64,000 nucleotides of DNA from a candidate division FCPU426 bacterium (lineage in GTDB: Bacteria; Oederibacteriota; Muellerivitia; Muellerivitales; Muellerivitaceae), in NCBI GenBank assembly GCA_963719085.1, contig CAVRAL010000001.1, forward strand, positions 928,001 to 992,000, written 5' to 3'. The notes under the pieces are model-generated. The model ran no database searches. It was not told the origin of the DNA and saw only the letters and a list, made by a program, of their open reading frames with translations. Positions 58,994 through 64,000 of this stretch are shown here, in pieces (positions within the stretch are counted from its first letter, which is position 1; each line of letters begins with the position of its first letter). Both the position numbers and the translations under genes were made by a program.

Positions 58994-59381
58994 GGTTCAC
59001 CTCGTCGGAAAGATCTTTCGCTTTCGCGGTCCATTCGGTCTCTGAGGAATAATGGTCAAAGATAATTTGCAGGTAATTATTGGCCAACTTAGGCGCCCCC
59101 GTCGTCTCGTCTTGAATCTCAGCGCAATGATAGAGCCCGGCCGCGCAAAGGTCCCCTTGCTCCGGATAAAGCTCATAAAGCTTCATGTAGGTCACGATCG
59201 CCGTTTGGTTATCCCCTAAAATGTCGCACCAGCGGGCGGCGTAATAAAGGGCCTTCGGCGCGTTCGGATCCTTGGGGTTATCTTGAACCCATTTCTCCGC
59301 TTGATCCGCCAGCATGGAGGAATTCAGCGCCACAAAAAAAACGCCGATCAAAATAATCGCGAAAAAAATCATCTTGCCCAT
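58983..59381 (-). CDS. Small membrane-anchored TPR-like protein
   Basis: N-terminal hydrophobic segment; APKALYYAA, YELYP helical repeats. Confidence 0.6.
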   Translation of the reverse strand: MGKMIFFAIILIGVFFVALNSSMLADQAEKWVQDNPKDPNAPKALYYAARWCDILGDNQTAIVTYMKLYELYPEQGDLCAAGLYHCAEIQDETTGAPKLANNYLQIIFDHYSSETEWTAKAKDLSDEVNHAH

Positions 59382-59404
59382 GACCCAGCCTTTCTAAATT
59401 GAAA

Positions 59405-61708
59405 TCAACTCATTTTCGAGAAAATACCGCTCAACGTGTTTCGTTTAATCTTGGCTTCTTCGAGCTTTTTTTGCGCCCTTTCATTGGACGGTTCCAACTC
59501 CAGGATTTGACTCCACAGCCGAACCGCTTTGTCCAAATCGTTCGAGTCAAAGGCCTCTTTACCTTGCGTATAAAGCGTCTCAATATTTTGGCTGATCTGG
59601 GCCTTCAAGGCCCCCAACTGCCTGACCGCGTCCGGGTGTCCCGGCGAGAGCCGCAAGACCTTCGAGAATTCCCTTTGGGCCGCTAAAAGTTCCCCGGCCT
59701 GCTGGGCGTTGACTCCCTCTTGGAATAAGTCTTGGATCTGCTGCTCAAGCATTTGCTGGGATTTTTGAAGATAAGCGGTCAAATAAGCGTTGGCCTCGGC
59801 TTTCCCCAAGGCTTTCTTGAAAAAATCGATGGCGGTTTGAAAATCACTGCGCACATAACTGCGAACGCCTTGTTCGAACAAAGCCAAAATGGCCGCCTTA
59901 TCGGGATTCGCGTCCACGCCTTCCACGCCGAAGGACAAAAGCTTGGTGAGCCCCTGCTGAAGGTAACGGGCCACATCCTCCATTTCGGAGTTGATCTCAT
60001 AAGCTTGGTTCCAAGAAACCAAGGCCCCCAACAAATCCCCCGCTTTGTACAGCTCAATCGCGGATTGGTTTAAGTTGATGGCTTTGGTTTTGGCCAAGGC
60101 TTTTTGACCCGCGATTTTTATTTCCCGATGTAAAACTTTGGCCGTCTCATTATCCGGATCCAAAACCAGCGCCTGCTCCACTTCGGACAAGGCCTTTTCG
60201 TATTCGCCCTTTTGATTGGCGATCTGGGCTTCCTGGATCACAATACGGGCTTTTTCCCGGTTGGCCATCTCCTCGCCGATCGCCTTAATGTAGGCTTGGG
60301 CCTGCTTATTTTCGGGGTCAATTTCGAGGGCCTTTTGAAACTCAATAATGGCGGATTGATGTTTCTTTTCCCGATAGAGTTGGAGCGCGGCCTTGATATT
60401 GGAAGTCGCGTCCTTTTTCTTCTCGCTCTTATCGTCCATTTCACGAAGCCGGGCCATGAGAACGTTGGCCTCTTTATGGTCGGGTGATTCCTGCAAAATT
60501 CTTTTAAGTTCGCCCCGGCTCTCATCGTATCGTTTGCGGTCGTATAGGTCTTGAGCCCGCTTCAACCAGCCTCCGATACGCTCCTTGGACTGGCTGTTTT
60601 CCATTTGGGAAATCAAGGATTGGGCCGAGGCCCTCGAGGAAGAAATGCCTTTCAATCCCAAATCAAGCTCTCCGGGCGAAGTGGCCTGTTCCATGGCGCT
60701 TTCACGGGTGATCGCCCCGGTCCGCACCAAAGAAATCAAGGACTGGTCGAAGGTTTGCATTCCGTACTGGCTCTGGCCTTCGGCGATAAAGCTCCGGATA
60801 TGGCTGATCTTGTTATCCGCGATCAGCGATTTAATCGTTTGATTGACAATCATGATTTCGCAAGCCGGCACAACCCCTATGCCGTCGGCCTTGCTGACCA
60901 AACGCTGGGAAATGACGGCCTTCAAGGTATTGGAAAGCTGGATTCGAACTTGGTTTTGTTGTTCCGGGGAGAAAAAGTCCAAAATACGTTCCATGGTTTG
61001 GATCGTATCCATCGTATGCAGGGTCGATAAAACCAAATGGCCCGTTTCCGCCGCCGAAATGGCCGCCGACACCGTTTCCACATCCCGCATTTCACCCACC
61101 AGGATGATATCCGGATCCTGGCGCAAAACATATTTCAACGCCGAACGGAAGCTTTCGGTGTCCAAACCGACTTCCCGCTGGGTAATGCTTGATTTTTTAT
61201 CCGGATGGACAAACTCGATCGGGTCTTCCACCGTCACGATATGGGCGTGCCGGTTCTCATTCATTTCGTTGATCATGGCGGCCAGCGTGGTCGACTTCCC
61301 CGAACCCGTGATGCCGGTGACCAGGATAAGCCCCCGCTGTTCCATGGCGATCTGTTTCAAAACCGCCGTGGGCATTCCAATCTCTTCGATTTTCGGAATT
61401 TTTTGCGGGATCACCCGCATGATGATTTCGGGAAGGCCCCTTTGCCACATGGAGTTCGTTCGAAAACGGGCCAACCCCTCGACGGCGTAAGCCAAGTCGA
61501 CTTCGCGGTGATCCTCAAAAAAGAGCTTTTGTTGTTTTTCGTCCATCAGAATGGAAGCGACTTCCGCTATTTCCTGCGCGGCAAGGGGCGTCTCGCCCTG
61601 GGGGGTTAAATCACCATCAATACGAAACAGAGGGACGGAACCGGCCTTTAAATGGACGTCGGAGGCCTTCTTTTCGACCATAGAATAGAGGATTTGTTGT
61701 AGGTCCAT
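59405..61708 (-). CDS. pilT: PilT/PilU-family retraction ATPase fused to a C-terminal TPR region
   Basis: ASDVHL, GITGSGKST, EDPIE, VGEMRD, GHLVLSTLHT, GMQTFDQ, then ~400 aa of TPRs; ATG 61708. Confidence 0.9.
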   Translation of the reverse strand: MDLQQILYSMVEKKASDVHLKAGSVPLFRIDGDLTPQGETPLAAQEIAEVASILMDEKQQKLFFEDHREVDLAYAVEGLARFRTNSMWQRGLPEIIMRVIPQKIPKIEEIGMPTAVLKQIAMEQRGLILVTGITGSGKSTTLAAMINEMNENRHAHIVTVEDPIEFVHPDKKSSITQREVGLDTESFRSALKYVLRQDPDIILVGEMRDVETVSAAISAAETGHLVLSTLHTMDTIQTMERILDFFSPEQQNQVRIQLSNTLKAVISQRLVSKADGIGVVPACEIMIVNQTIKSLIADNKISHIRSFIAEGQSQYGMQTFDQSLISLVRTGAITRESAMEQATSPGELDLGLKGISSSRASAQSLISQMENSQSKERIGGWLKRAQDLYDRKRYDESRGELKRILQESPDHKEANVLMARLREMDDKSEKKKDATSNIKAALQLYREKKHQSAIIEFQKALEIDPENKQAQAYIKAIGEEMANREKARIVIQEAQIANQKGEYEKALSEVEQALVLDPDNETAKVLHREIKIAGQKALAKTKAINLNQSAIELYKAGDLLGALVSWNQAYEINSEMEDVARYLQQGLTKLLSFGVEGVDANPDKAAILALFEQGVRSYVRSDFQTAIDFFKKALGKAEANAYLTAYLQKSQQMLEQQIQDLFQEGVNAQQAGELLAAQREFSKVLRLSPGHPDAVRQLGALKAQISQNIETLYTQGKEAFDSNDLDKAVRLWSQILELEPSNERAQKKLEEAKIKRNTLSGIFSKMS

Positions 61709-61807
61709 AGCTATCCGCCCAAGAGTGAGATAACGAATCGCATTATAACAATTCCAGGCCAAGAAACGGCTTTATTTTAAGGAGAAAGGCTTCGCCCGGC
61801 CCAATGG

Positions 61808-64000
61808 TTACAGACCGGCACCCGTGGGGTCTTGTGAAAGAATTTCAGATATTTCAAAGGCTTTTTGCGCTAAATAAGTCAAACCCGCCGCTTCATAACT
61901 TTCGGCTAATTGCGCGTAATAAATCGCGGGACGCGGCGGATGAGGAACAGCGGATGGCTTGAACCCCAAAGACTCCGGATTGACCGCTTTCAAAACATCA
62001 CTTCCGCCCCCCACCAATGAGGATAAAACCCGATAAGAAGCCGCCGCCTGGTTCGCGTAACCTTGCTGTTCGTAAAGCCGGGTTAAATTAAACCAACTGG
62101 AAACTGAACGCGGATTTAATTCCACCGCTTGCTTTAATAGACCCACCGCCAATTCCCAATGGCCTCCCTGGTTGACTAAGTAGGCCAACTCACCGCAAGC
62201 CCGCGTGTCCATCGGGTAAAAACAAAGCCCCTTGTCCAACCAGGCAAGCCCCTCCATCGGACGTCCTTGCTCCCGAAACCAATCCGCGACCTCAAAAAAC
62301 TGTTCTCCGTAGTCGTAAAAAATCCCCGTTGAGGAAAAATCCCGGTCAGCCGAATTCCAGCAGGCGGACAATCCCCGCGTTCTTTCAGCGTTCAACCCGT
62401 GCTCAAGCGCCAGGGGGGCAAATTGGAATCTCCGGCCTTGCGGAATCCACCGAGTGGCCGCCCCGGCCGGCACCCAGTTCCCTGGAATTTGGCCCAGAAC
62501 CGGTTCCAAATCGCGCGTCCCTAACGCGTAATAAACCCCGCCGGCGCCATCCCCTTTTTGAAGCAACCAACCCCATCGGCCCACGAGCGACTTTTCTTTT
62601 TTCCAATCCACACCCCAGTCAGGCCGCGCCTCGGTGATTTGATCCCATCCCCATCCATGAACCAGAAAAATATCAGGCGTCACCAAAATGTCCCGGCGAA
62701 GACCAAGCACAAACTGATCATAAAACAAAGGCATGACATACTGATCCGTACCAGCGGCCAACACCGAGTTTCGAGGGGCGAGCTTTAAGACGTTTTTCCC
62801 AAAATCACCGGCCAAGGTATAAAACCGCTTGTTTTCCAGATGAAAGACCGAAAAACCCCAAAATCCAAGCGTGATTCCAAACAAAATAAAGACCGCCGCC
62901 CCCGCCCGTCTTCCATAAGACCGAAAAAGCTTTTCGAATAAAATCAAAAAACCCCAAAACCCCAACAAGGCCCAAACACCTGAAACCGGAACTAAATAAA
63001 CATTCAATAAATAATCGATGCTTTGCGGCTCATGGACACTGGCAATCGCGGCCACCAGGGGGAAATAAAGCGACAAAAGCGAAAAACCCCAGCCCAACTT
63101 TTCCCGGAAAATAAAATAAATCCCAACACAGGCCAACAGGAAAAAACCCGGACACCAGTAGAACCATAAAACCTTAAGAATTTCCCGGGAGGACTCCAGG
63201 TAAAACGAGAGGAGATGAAAATAGGATTCGGTCCCCTTCACCAATCCGCGAGAGACCACCCAAAAGAATTCTCGAGGCGTTGTGGGATCTCCCCAACAGG
63301 GAAAAGGCGCTTTGCACGCCCGGAGCGGGAGATAAAGATAGGGTGAAATACCGATCCCCAAACTGGTCAAGGCCCATGCCAGTTTTTTGAAGGAAAAGGT
63401 CCAATGGGAGGTCCAAAACCAAAATCCCAAAAAGGGAATAAATAAAATGACCGTCTGCCAATGATTGGTCAGGCCTAACGCCCACAAGAAAAGCAGCAAA
63501 TAGCCTTCCGGTTCGTTTAAGCCTTTTTTTCCATGGCGCACCCGCCACCAAACCCAGAAACTGGCTAAAACTAAAGTCAGGGTATAAACGGCGCCCTTCG
63601 CGCTTAAGGCCTGGGCGAAAAAACCACGGTTAAATACGAGAAGAAGACCGGTGCCCATGGCCAAACCCGGGGCGATCCAAACGGACTTTGAAAACCCCCG
63701 GCGGTCCTGGACCAGCCGGAGCGCGGTCTTAGCGGTTAAAAGAACCGCGCCCAAACCCAACAGGGCGGAAAAAAGGTTATAACGAAAAGCGATGGATCCG
63801 ACCGGAACGAACGAGAACAACCGTCCGAGTAAATCAAAAAGCGGATAACCCGGCGGATGGGGCAATCCCAACGTCCAGGAGCCGGCGATCATTTCCCCGC
63901 TGTCGTCCGACATCAGATCCGGATTTTCCGCCCGCAAAAGGATTTCCCAGAGACACAGGAAAAAAAAGGGCCAAAAAAACCGGCGCCAGGGAAGCTTGGA
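61808..64000 (-). CDS. DUF2723 (TMEM260-like GT-C) membrane protein with C-terminal TPR; 5' end beyond the window
   Basis: DSGEM...LGLPHPPGYPL, YLYLPLRA, WGDP; frame is open to the window edge. Confidence 0.8.
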   Translation of the reverse strand, partial: SKLPWRRFFWPFFFLCLWEILLRAENPDLMSDDSGEMIAGSWTLGLPHPPGYPLFDLLGRLFSFVPVGSIAFRYNLFSALLGLGAVLLTAKTALRLVQDRRGFSKSVWIAPGLAMGTGLLLVFNRGFFAQALSAKGAVYTLTLVLASFWVWWRVRHGKKGLNEPEGYLLLFLWALGLTNHWQTVILFIPFLGFWFWTSHWTFSFKKLAWALTSLGIGISPYLYLPLRACKAPFPCWGDPTTPREFFWVVSRGLVKGTESYFHLLSFYLESSREILKVLWFYWCPGFFLLACVGIYFIFREKLGWGFSLLSLYFPLVAAIASVHEPQSIDYLLNVYLVPVSGVWALLGFWGFLILFEKLFRSYGRRAGAAVFILFGITLGFWGFSVFHLENKRFYTLAGDFGKNVLKLAPRNSVLAAGTDQYVMPLFYDQFVLGLRRDILVTPDIFLVHGWGWDQITEARPDWGVDWKKEKSLVGRWGWLLQKGDGAGGVYYALGTRDLEPVLGQIPGNWVPAGAATRWIPQGRRFQFAPLALEHGLNAERTRGLSACWNSADRDFSSTGIFYDYGEQFFEVADWFREQGRPMEGLAWLDKGLCFYPMDTRACGELAYLVNQGGHWELAVGLLKQAVELNPRSVSSWFNLTRLYEQQGYANQAAASYRVLSSLVGGGSDVLKAVNPESLGFKPSAVPHPPRPAIYYAQLAESYEAAGLTYLAQKAFEISEILSQDPTGAGL

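Overview
Chromosomal window from a diderm (lipid A-making) bacterium, with almost all genes on the minus strand. Housekeeping content includes tRNA-Glu, an ArgC/LysY-family reductase, lnt, secG-tpiA-pgk-gap (with nfeD/SPFH inserted), lptFG, skp-lpxD-lpxC/fabZ-lpxA-lpxI, tmRNA, cysM-mec, eno, nrdR, argB, topA and dprA. Two accessory systems stand out. (1) A ~17.5 kb co-oriented cluster places a receptor-less Che pathway (cheR, 2 cheW, 2 cheY, 2 cheC, cheD, cheB, cheA) between type IV pilus genes (PilT-TPR fusion, TsaP-like) and dprA. It also carries a P-II protein, an MshEN-CheW fusion, large TPR proteins and a degenerate GGDEF protein with an intact I-site, suggesting a nitrogen/c-di-GMP-wired chemosensory control of pili or competence. 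(2) A LytS/LytTR pair with a candidate direct-repeat operator precedes a SprA (T9SS translocon)-like gene, an FN3-repeat protein with a C-terminal sorting-like domain, and comF. Intergenic regions hold several families of palindromic, partly nested MITE-like repeats and a decayed GIY-YIG nuclease beside tmRNA. All calls come from motif recognition by eye; no database searches were run. The TPTP-rich FlgD-CTD proteins suggest an uncultured lineage such as FCPU426, but this is weak inference only.
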